24,000 nucleotides of DNA, from positions 7,767,217-7,791,216 of the forward strand of contig OY970303.1 of assembly GCA_963716255.1 (NCBI GenBank), given 5' to 3'. Under the pieces are notes generated by a model. That model was not told the DNA's origin, did no database searches, and saw only the letters and a program-made list of their open reading frames with translations. How positions within the stretch are numbered: the first letter of the stretch is position 1; the number at the start of each line of letters is the position of its first letter. A program made the translations under genes and the position numbers. Shown here piece by piece: positions 8,196-14,462 of this stretch. The DNA is from an uncultured Gemmatimonadales bacterium (GTDB lineage Bacteria > Gemmatimonadota > Gemmatimonadetes > Longimicrobiales > Longimicrobiaceae).

Positions 8196-9311
8196 ATGAT
8201 CACGAAACAGGACCTCGAGCGGCTGATGCAGCGGACGGACGGCGGGCGGCCCGTCCTCTCACTCTTCCTCGACATGTCGGTCAACTCCGACAACAAGCGC
8301 ACCCACAGCACCGTCTTCCTCAACCAGAAGCAGAGCCAGTTCGAGGAGCTGGACGGGAGCCAGGCCCCGGACGTAGGGGATGCATTCGACCGCGTGCGCG
8401 CATGGCTGGCCGACGGCTACGCCGAGGAGAACCGCGGCGTCGTCGTCTACACCGAGGTGGGAGGCGACTGGTTCGAGGCGCTCCAGTTCCCCGTCCCCGT
8501 GCAGAGCCGCGCGACCCTGAGCCCCCGCCCGCTGATCGCGCCGCTGGCGCAGGTCATCGGCAGCTACCACCACCACGGCGTGGTACTGCTGGACCGCGAG
8601 CACGTGCGCATCCTCAGCATCTACCTGGGCACCCTGCTGGACGAGTTCGAGGTGCACGGCGACCCGCTCCCCGTTCCCTCGCACGTGCAGGCCGGGGGAT
8701 ACTCGCAGGCCCGCTTCCAGCGCCGCAAGGCCGAGGAGATGCGGCATTTCTTCAAGGAGTTCGCCAAGGAGGTGGAGACCTTCGTGGGGCGCTACGGGCC
8801 CGACGACCTCATCATCCTGGGCACCGACGAGAACGTCGCCAATTTCCGCGAGTTCCTCCCCGAGCCGGTGCAGGCGATGGTCGTGTACACCGGCAACGCC
8901 TGGGTGGACGACAACACCAGCGACATCCTGGTCAAGATCCAGCCGCACCTGGAGGCGTACGAGGACCGCGAGCGGCAGGAAGTGGTGGAGCGCGTCCGCG
9001 ACCGCGTGGCCAACGACTACCTCGCCACCGCCGGCTTCCAGGGCACGCTCACCGCGGTGCAGGAGGGGAAGGTGGACACCCTGGTGCTCGCCCGCGACCA
9101 GAGCCAGGACGGCACCCGGTGCAAGACCTGCTCGTTCGTGTACGCACGCGGCATGGAGCGCTGCTCGTACTGCGGCTCCAGCGAGCTGGAGGAGGTCGAC
9201 GCCGTGGAGGAGCTGGTGCGCATGGCCGAGGGCCAGGGCGTGGAGATCGCCTTCACCGACCCGGGCCAGGTGGACGACCTCAAGGGAGTGGGGGCGCTGC
9301 TGCGCTTCTGA
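8196..9311 (+). CDS. Bacterial eRF1/aRF1-like protein (VLRF1/baeRF-type putative release factor / peptidyl-tRNA hydrolase)
   Basis: The 371-aa product runs from the ATG at 8196. The central region VPSHVQAGGYSQARFQRRKAEEMRHFFKEFAKEVETFV parallels the eRF1 GGQ-loop region ([33 protein letters not shown], from memory). The C-terminus EGQGVEIAFTDPGQVDDLKGVGALLRF parallels the eRF1/aRF1 C-terminal ...GFGGIGGILRY. A CKTC...CSYC insert lies at aa 309-326. Confidence 0.8.
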   Translation: MITKQDLERLMQRTDGGRPVLSLFLDMSVNSDNKRTHSTVFLNQKQSQFEELDGSQAPDVGDAFDRVRAWLADGYAEENRGVVVYTEVGGDWFEALQFPVPVQSRATLSPRPLIAPLAQVIGSYHHHGVVLLDREHVRILSIYLGTLLDEFEVHGDPLPVPSHVQAGGYSQARFQRRKAEEMRHFFKEFAKEVETFVGRYGPDDLIILGTDENVANFREFLPEPVQAMVVYTGNAWVDDNTSDILVKIQPHLEAYEDRERQEVVERVRDRVANDYLATAGFQGTLTAVQEGKVDTLVLARDQSQDGTRCKTCSFVYARGMERCSYCGSSELEEVDAVEELVRMAEGQGVEIAFTDPGQVDDLKGVGALLRF

Positions 9312-9354
9312 GGGCGTCCGGGACTCACCTTTCCCGAACGACCATTCCGCCCAC

Positions 9355-9387
9355 GGGGGCGCGGGCCATGCCCGCGCCTCCGTTTTT
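9355..9387 (+). terminator. Intrinsic terminator downstream of the eRF1-like gene
   Basis: GGGGGCGCGGGC-CAT-GCCCGCGCCTCC forms a 12-bp stem with one G-U pair. It is followed by G then TTTTT (9383-9387), and lies 44 nt after the stop codon. Confidence 0.7.
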
Positions 9388-9389
9388 GC

Positions 9390-9419
9390 TTGACATTCCT
9401 GCCTGCAGAACCGTACGTT
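9390..9419 (+). promoter_or_regulatory. Candidate sigma70-type promoter for the 9451 gene
   Basis: TTGACA (9390-9395), an 18-nt spacer, then TACGTT (9414-9419). This sits about 30 nt upstream of the ATG at 9451. The -10 element is weak and the promoter consensus for this taxon is unknown. Confidence 0.3.
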
Positions 9420-9450
9420 CCTCGTCCACCCACCTCACACGACACCGCGA

Positions 9451-10077
9451 ATGGCTTCTCCCCAACTGGACGAGGGCGGGCGGAAGCGTCTGCGCGCCGA
9501 CCTGGAATCCCTGGACGGAGTGCGCACCGCCCTGCTCGACGGCTCCCCCCTGGCCGTGTACCTGGTCTGCGACCACGGCGAGCCCGCGCAGCTCGAGATG
9601 CTCGCAGGCGCCGTGCTCGCCCGCCACCGCCTGGACCGCAAGGGCGTCGCCGTCCACGTGTCCTTTCTGGCGGGCCCGCAGCCCGCGCGCCGCGTGCGAT
9701 TCCTCCACGCCCGGGTCGCGCGTCCCAGCGCCGGCCGCGCCGTCGCCTCCGTCGCCCTGGAGTGGAGCGGGACCGTCTACGAGAACGAGACGGACGGGGA
9801 GAGCGGCGAGCCCATCGAGCTGCGCCTGGCCGCGCTCGCCACGCTGCGCGGCATCGAAGCCGTCATCGGCGGCGCGCTGCACTTCAAGCTGGTGGGAATC
9901 CGGACGCTGCGCGCCTTCGACACCGACATGGTCGCCGTCCTCCTGCACACCGACCACGGCAACAGCCCGCTCATCGGCGCGTCGCTGGCGCGCGAGTCGG
10001 TCCACGAGTCGGCCGCCATCGCCGTGCTCAACGCTACCAATCGCCTGCTCGGGAATTATCTCGCCACCGGGGAGTGA
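9451..10077 (+). CDS. Hypothetical protein (208 aa), no recognised domain
   Basis: This is a clean ATG ORF with balanced, non-low-complexity composition and an alpha/beta-like pattern. It lies between a terminator/promoter pair and repeat R1. No family motif was recognised by eye. Confidence 0.65.
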   Translation: MASPQLDEGGRKRLRADLESLDGVRTALLDGSPLAVYLVCDHGEPAQLEMLAGAVLARHRLDRKGVAVHVSFLAGPQPARRVRFLHARVARPSAGRAVASVALEWSGTVYENETDGESGEPIELRLAALATLRGIEAVIGGALHFKLVGIRTLRAFDTDMVAVLLHTDHGNSPLIGASLARESVHESAAIAVLNATNRLLGNYLATGE

Positions 10078-10083
10078 CGGCAT

Positions 10084-10290
10084 GAACTGCGGGTTGGGGC
10101 GTGCCCCCGGCTGGCGCCGGGGTCGGGCTTCGGCTCCGTAGAGCAGCAAACAACGCTGCTCAACGGAGTCGAGCCCCGGCGGAAACAGCCCCGCCGGGTC
10201 TCGCCCCTTCGGGCCGAAATCCCTCACGCGACGGCACGCCCCCTCCCCCGGCCAACTCAAACACCGGAGCCCGCCGGAGCACACGCTGTT
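10084..10290 (+). repeat. R1 multi-hairpin repeat, copy B (uninterrupted body plus tail)
   Basis: The body (10084-10230) aligns with 7033-7176 and the tail (10245-10290) aligns with 7416-7463. Hairpins are CCCCGGC-TGGC-GCCGGGG (10105-10122), GAGCAGC-AAACAAC-GCTGCTC (10141-10161) and GAG-C-CCCGGCGG-AAACAGCC-CCGCCGGG-T-CTC (10171-10202). Confidence 0.9.
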
Positions 10291-10294
10291 GGCC

Positions 10295-10349
10295 CCCTCT
10301 CCCAGAATTGGGAGAGGGTGGTGTGCCTCAAGCGAGCCGGGTGAGGGCC
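10295..10349 (+). repeat. R2 repeat, copy B
   Basis: CCCTCTCCC-AGAATT-GGGAGAGGG (10295-10318) is followed by TGGTGTGCCTCAAGCGAGCCGGGTGAGGGCC. After that comes a second CCGGGTGAGGG unit (10351-10361). Confidence 0.88.
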
Positions 10350-10391
10350 GCCGGGTGAGGGGCTTGCGCGTAAGGCACGGGCAGAAAAGAG

Positions 10392-10423
10392 GCGGCGCCG
10401 CACGGAACTCCGTGCGGCGCCGC
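10392..10423. terminator. Bidirectional intrinsic terminator between convergent genes
   Basis: GCGGCGCCGCACGG-AACT-CCGTGCGGCGCCGC is a perfect 14-bp stem. On the - strand it is followed by CTCTTTTCTG, downstream of the SLT gene stop at 10444. On the + strand it is followed by GAACGTTTTG. Confidence 0.7.
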
Positions 10424-10443
10424 GAACGTTTTGCCCCGGACCT

Positions 10444-11118
10444 TCAGTTGCGCCTGCCGAGGATCTTGCGGGAGTAGCCGTTGTCCGGGTCGATCCCCGC
10501 CCTCACCAGCTGGTCCACCCGTCCCGGGCCGCGGTTGTAGGCCAGCAGCGCCATGTTGACGTCGCCGCGGTACTGCTCGATCAGGATGTTCAGGAAGCGG
10601 AACCCCAGCCGCAGGTTCGTTTCCCGGTCGAAGATCTGGTTGTGGCTGATCCCCGGCCGGAGCAGCCGCGCCGTCTCCGGCATCAACTGCGTGTACCCGA
10701 GGGCGCCCACCGGGCTCACCGCGCGCTGGTTGAACTCGCTCTCCACCCGCACCAGCTCGAAGGCCACCCTGGGGTCGATCCGCTCCGCGAGCGCGATCTC
10801 CTCGATGGAGGCCGCCAGGTCCGCCCCGATCCCGTACTTGGCAGAGTAGCGGTGGATCCGCTCCAGCCGCTCGATCTGCATCTTCTGGAGGTCGATCTGC
10901 CCCTCCAGCGCCTGGAGCTGGGCATCGCCCGCGAGAAAGCGCTGCTGCCACTCCGCCGCCCACCCCGCCCCCGAATCCACCGACCCCGCGCCGAGCTGGA
11001 ACGCGAACACGAAGAGCAGGATCCCGAGCACCGCACCCCGTACCGCCGGCCAGATGTCCGTCCGTGGCTGCTTACGCGCAGCGACGTCTGCCTGCAGCTT
11101 GAGGAGAAGAGACTGCAT
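10444..11118 (-). CDS. Membrane-anchored lytic transglycosylase (SLT domain)
   Basis: The 224-aa product runs from the ATG at 11118, which is preceded by GGAGG. It has an N-terminal TM segment (AVLGILLFVFAFQLGAG), a coiled-coil segment and an SLT domain (VRVESEFNQRAVSPVGALGYTQLMPETA, ALLAYNRGPGRV). The longer ORF to 11241 would overlap moaC, so it was rejected. Confidence 0.85.
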   Translation of the reverse strand: MQSLLLKLQADVAARKQPRTDIWPAVRGAVLGILLFVFAFQLGAGSVDSGAGWAAEWQQRFLAGDAQLQALEGQIDLQKMQIERLERIHRYSAKYGIGADLAASIEEIALAERIDPRVAFELVRVESEFNQRAVSPVGALGYTQLMPETARLLRPGISHNQIFDRETNLRLGFRFLNILIEQYRGDVNMALLAYNRGPGRVDQLVRAGIDPDNGYSRKILGRRN

Positions 11119-11173
11119 AGCGCCTCCGGGCTTGAGTTGACCGGCCCAAAAGCAAGCCCCGTGCCCGGTGACC

Positions 11174-11671
11174 CTACTCCGGACCCGCCTCCCAGGCCCC
11201 GGAGCGGCCACCTTCCTTGCGTACCAAGCGGATAGCTTCAATGCGCATTCCGCGGTCGCGGGCCTTGCACATGTCGTAGATCGTCAGGAGTGCCACCGAG
11301 ACCGCTGTCAAGGCCTCCATCTCCACCCCGGTCCGCGCCTCCACCCGCGCCGTCGCCCGCACCCGCACCCCGGGCAGGGCCTCGTCCGCCTCCAGCTCCA
11401 CCTCCACCGAGCTGAGCGGGAGCGAGTGGCAGAGCGGAATCAGCTCCGCCGTCCGCTTGGCCCCCGTGATGCCCGCCAACTGCGCCACCAGCAGCACGTT
11501 GCCCTTGGGCGCCGTTCCCTCCACGATTGCCCGCACGGTCGCCGCCGAGGTGACGATCCGCCCCTCCGCCACCGCCACGCGGCGGGTGACTTCCTTGTCG
11601 CCCACGTCCACCATTCGCGGCCGCCCCTCCGCGTCCAGGTGCGTGAAGCCGCTCCCCTCCGGGCTCGTCAC
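11174..11671 (-). CDS. moaC: Cyclic pyranopterin monophosphate synthase MoaC
   Basis: The 165-aa product runs from a GTG at 11671, 7 nt after the holB stop. MoaC motifs are present ([68 protein letters not shown]). The start codon is inferred. Confidence 0.88.
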   Translation of the reverse strand: MTSPEGSGFTHLDAEGRPRMVDVGDKEVTRRVAVAEGRIVTSAATVRAIVEGTAPKGNVLLVAQLAGITGAKRTAELIPLCHSLPLSSVEVELEADEALPGVRVRATARVEARTGVEMEALTAVSVALLTIYDMCKARDRGMRIEAIRLVRKEGGRSGAWEAGPE

Positions 11672-11678
11672 GGCGCCC

Positions 11679-12830
11679 TCAAGCCGCGTCCAGCAGGTCG
11701 CGCCGCACGCCCCGCAGCAGGTCGGCCAAGATGAGCTGCGGGTTGACGTTGCCCGAGGCCAGCTCCGCCGCCCGCTGCACCCGGTCCAGGGCCAGGCCCA
11801 CCCCCAGCGGCCGGATGTCCCTTCGGCGCACCACCTGGGACAGCATTGCCGCATCACCCCCGTTCACCACCAGCTCCTCCGCCCCGGAAGCCGACGCCAT
11901 GAGGTCGCGGAGCCACACCGAGAACGCCTCCAGCGTCCCCGTGAACTCCCCGCGGCCGCCCGTGGGCGCCTCCGCCAGCGCCGCCGCCAGCCGCGCCGTG
12001 GGCCCGTCCGCCGTCGCGGCCAGGAGCAGCGCCCGCCCCGCCTGCCGCTGCCGCTCCAGCGGTCCCGGCCCGTCACCCGAGGGGAGGAGCCGCAGCGCCC
12101 GCCCGATCGCCCCCTCCGAGAGCGCCGCCACAGCCTCCGCCTGGTCCGCCGGCATCCCCTTGCGGCGCACCAGGAAGTCGCTCACCTCCTCCGGCGCCAG
12201 CGGGAGCAGGCGCACCGGGAGCACCCGCGAGCGGATGGTGGGGAGCAGCGCCCCGGGCGTGGACGAGGTGAGGATCAGCGTCGTGTCCGCCGGGGGCTCC
12301 TCCAGCAGCTTGAGGAAGGCGTTCGCCGCCTCCTGCGACGACTCCTGCGGCACCATCGCCTCCGCGTCGCCCACCACGAACACCTTGCGCGACCCCATCG
12401 CCGGGCGGTTCCCCGCCAGCTCCTGGAGCGTGCGGATCGCCGCCAGGAAGTACGCCGGGGCCCGCTCGTACGCCGGCAGGTGGAACGGGTCCGCGCGCCG
12501 GGCCACGAGCTCCGCCGCCCGCGACTCCTCCAGCTTCTCCCGCAGCCGGTCCGGCCCCGTCGCGTCGGGACGGGGCAGGGGGAAGAACCAGTTGACGTCC
12601 GGGTGCTCGAGCCGCTCCACCAGCCGGCAGTGCAGGCAGTGCCCGCACGGCTCCGTCGCCGCCTCCGGGCTGTCGCATACGATCCGCTGCGCCAGCCAGA
12701 GTCCGAAGCGCTCCTTGCCGATCCCCTCCGGCCCGTGCAGCAGCAGCGAGTGGGGCAGGTCGTTTTCCCGCACCGACTTCGCCAGCGCGGCCCGCATCTT
12801 TTCGTGGCCCTGGAGGGGGATCAGCGGCAT
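11679..12830 (-). CDS. holB: DNA polymerase III subunit delta'
   Basis: 383-aa ORF with an AAA+ clamp-loader pattern ([26 protein letters not shown]), a Zn module ([18 protein letters not shown]), FVVGDAE and the SRVLPVRL sensor region. Confidence 0.86.
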   Translation of the reverse strand: MPLIPLQGHEKMRAALAKSVRENDLPHSLLLHGPEGIGKERFGLWLAQRIVCDSPEAATEPCGHCLHCRLVERLEHPDVNWFFPLPRPDATGPDRLREKLEESRAAELVARRADPFHLPAYERAPAYFLAAIRTLQELAGNRPAMGSRKVFVVGDAEAMVPQESSQEAANAFLKLLEEPPADTTLILTSSTPGALLPTIRSRVLPVRLLPLAPEEVSDFLVRRKGMPADQAEAVAALSEGAIGRALRLLPSGDGPGPLERQRQAGRALLLAATADGPTARLAAALAEAPTGGRGEFTGTLEAFSVWLRDLMASASGAEELVVNGGDAAMLSQVVRRRDIRPLGVGLALDRVQRAAELASGNVNPQLILADLLRGVRRDLLDAA

Positions 12831-12871
12831 CGTCTCTCGGATCCTGAAGTTCTTCGTGTGGGGCCGCTCCG

Positions 12872-12984
12872 GAGCCCGGCGATACTGCTGCCGGTCTCCT
12901 GCGCGGGTCGCGGAGCCCCGCCAAACAGCCGGCGGGTCTCCGCTCCGGCTCCGTGAGCCTCACGCAAACTACCGCGTGAGTCTC
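12872..12984 (+). repeat. Three tandem GAGC-stem-loop-stem-TCTC hairpin modules
   Basis: The three modules are GAG-C-CCGGC-GATACTGCT-GCCGG-T-CTC (12872-12898), GAG-C-CCCGCC-AAACAGCC-GGCGGG-T-CTC (12913-12940) and GAG-C-CTCACGC-AAACTACC-GCGTGAG-T-CTC (12955-12984). The same module occurs at 7121-7148 and 10171-10202. Confidence 0.85.
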
Positions 12985-13031
12985 CCTCCGCAACATCATG
13001 CGGGAACGGCAGGGAACCGCGGAACGACAAA

Positions 13032-13086
13032 CCCTCCCCCAGAATTGGGGGAGGGTGGCGAGCCTCAAGCGAGCCGGGTGGGGGCC
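13032..13086 (+). repeat. R2 repeat, copy C
   Basis: CCCTCCCCC-AGAATT-GGGGGAGGG (13032-13055) is followed by TGGCGAGCCTCAAGCGAGCCGGGTGGGGGCC. Confidence 0.88.
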
Positions 13087-13155
13087 TGCCGTGCCGTAAC
13101 CGCGGTTGCAGGCTGTGGCGCTTCACGCTCCGCGTGAACCGTTGAACCCTGTCCC

Positions 13156-14457
13156 CTACCGTCTCCTCAGCCATGCAAGCGGGTCCACCGCCTGGCCGCC
13201 GGGGGAGCGGATCTGGAACTCCACGTGGGGGCCCTCCGGCGTGCCCTGGCCGCCCACCGAGCCCAGCACCTGGCCGCGGGCGATCTCGGCGCCGTCGGCG
13301 ACGCGCACGTCGTCCAGGTACAGGTACAGCGAGTAGTAGCCGCCGCCGTGGCTCACCACCACGCTGGGGCCGTAGCCCTCGAAGGGCTCGGCGAGCACCA
13401 CGGTGCCGGACTCCACGGCCTTCACCGGCGTCCCCCGCGGCGCGCCGATGCCGATGCCGTTCCAGCGCAGCACCGTGCCGCTGGGCGTCGTCGTGCGCCC
13501 GAAGCGGTACAGGACGCGGCCGTCCACCGGCCAGCCGAGCTGGCCCAGGTCGCTGGTGGACAGGCGGGACTCGCCGCTGCTCGCCGCGGGGGTGGGGGCG
13601 CGGGGGGGCGGGGCGGGCGCGGCGGCCTTGGGGTCGCCCCCGGCGGCGCGGGCGGCGGCCGCCCGCGCCGCCGCTGCGCGGCGCTCCGTTTCCCTGCGGG
13701 CGGCTTCGCGGCGCTCGGCCTCGCGGCGGCGGCGCTCCAGCGTGGCGATCAGCGAGCCGAGCTGGCGCTCGTCGCGCGCCAGGCGCGTCATGCGGCCCTG
13801 CGTGGTGGTCGCCTGGCGCTGCACGATCCCCAGCGTCTTCCTGCGCTCCTCGCGCAGCAGCTCCAGCTGCTGGTGCTCCGTCAGCCGCTCGCCCTGCAGC
13901 ACCTGCACCTCCTGCAGGCTGCGCTTCAGCTGCCGGTCGCGCAGCACCAGCTGCTTCTCCAGCTCGCGCACCTCCTCCAGCAGGGTGCGGTCGTGGCGGG
14001 CCACCAGGTGCAGGTACTTGTAGCGGTTCAGCAGGTCGCTGAAGTTCCCCGCCGTGAGCAGCACCTGGGCCGACTGCAGCGGGCCGCGCTTGTAGATGTC
14101 GCGCAGGCGGCGCTGCAGCAGCGCGCGACGCTCCGCCAGCCGGTCCTGCGTGTCCAGCAGCTCGCGCGTGGTCACGGCGATCTGCCGCTCCGTGCGGTCC
14201 AGCTGGAACTCCACCTCCTCCAGCACCCCCGCCGAGACGTCCACCTGGCGGCGGAGGATCTGCTCCTCCCCCGACAGGTTCCTCACCTGCGAGCGCAGGT
14301 TCTTGAGCTCCTCCGCCAGCTCGCGCCGCTCCTGGCGGATCTCCTGCAGGCGGCGCTGGCTCTGCGACAGCTCGCGGGTGGTGTTCTGCTGCGCCGCGGC
14401 GGGCGCGGCGGCGAGCAGCAGCGCGGCGAGCGCGGCAAGGCGGACCCTCCCTGCCAT
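13156..14457 (-). CDS. envC: EnvC-like murein hydrolase activator (coiled coil plus degenerate LytM/M23 domain)
   Basis: The 433-aa product runs from the ATG at 14457, 5 nt after the ftsX stop. It has a signal peptide (RLAALAALLLAAAPAAAQQ), a long heptad-like coiled coil and a C-terminal M23 fold (GTPVKAVESGTVV, GPHVEFQIR) with metal-ligand positions substituted. It sits immediately downstream of ftsEX. Confidence 0.85.
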   Translation of the reverse strand: MAGRVRLAALAALLLAAAPAAAQQNTTRELSQSQRRLQEIRQERRELAEELKNLRSQVRNLSGEEQILRRQVDVSAGVLEEVEFQLDRTERQIAVTTRELLDTQDRLAERRALLQRRLRDIYKRGPLQSAQVLLTAGNFSDLLNRYKYLHLVARHDRTLLEEVRELEKQLVLRDRQLKRSLQEVQVLQGERLTEHQQLELLREERRKTLGIVQRQATTTQGRMTRLARDERQLGSLIATLERRRREAERREAARRETERRAAAARAAAARAAGGDPKAAAPAPPPRAPTPAASSGESRLSTSDLGQLGWPVDGRVLYRFGRTTTPSGTVLRWNGIGIGAPRGTPVKAVESGTVVLAEPFEGYGPSVVVSHGGGYYSLYLYLDDVRVADGAEIARGQVLGSVGGQGTPEGPHVEFQIRSPGGQAVDPLAWLRRR

Positions 14458-14462
14458 CCCGG

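Noticed and set aside
10337-10361. Tandem duplication of CCGGGTGAGGG (10337-10347 and 10351-10361) at the 3' edge of R2 copy B.
   Set aside because: The duplication is real but is only two units of 11 nt. It is most simply explained as slippage within the repeat. It is absent from R2 copies A and C, so it is not a feature of the family.
11119-11241. A longer form of the SLT gene (start at 11241), and ORF 11168-11734 (+).
   Set aside because: The longer form would overlap the 3' end of moaC. The ATG at 11118 has a GGAGG Shine-Dalgarno sequence and is followed by a TM anchor. The + strand ORF is antisense to moaC and low complexity.
11672-11700. Looked for a Moco riboswitch or promoter upstream of moaC.
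   Set aside because: moaC starts 7 nt after the holB stop, which leaves no room for a leader. It is evidently co-transcribed with holB.
7033-13086. Possibility that the repeated hairpins represent a CRISPR array or an integron attC series.
   Set aside because: There is no constant-length repeat and spacer periodicity. The stem sequences differ between units, whereas CRISPR repeats are near-identical. No cas or intI gene is present, no RYYYAAC/GTTRRRY cores frame the units, and the flanked genes are in mixed orientation.
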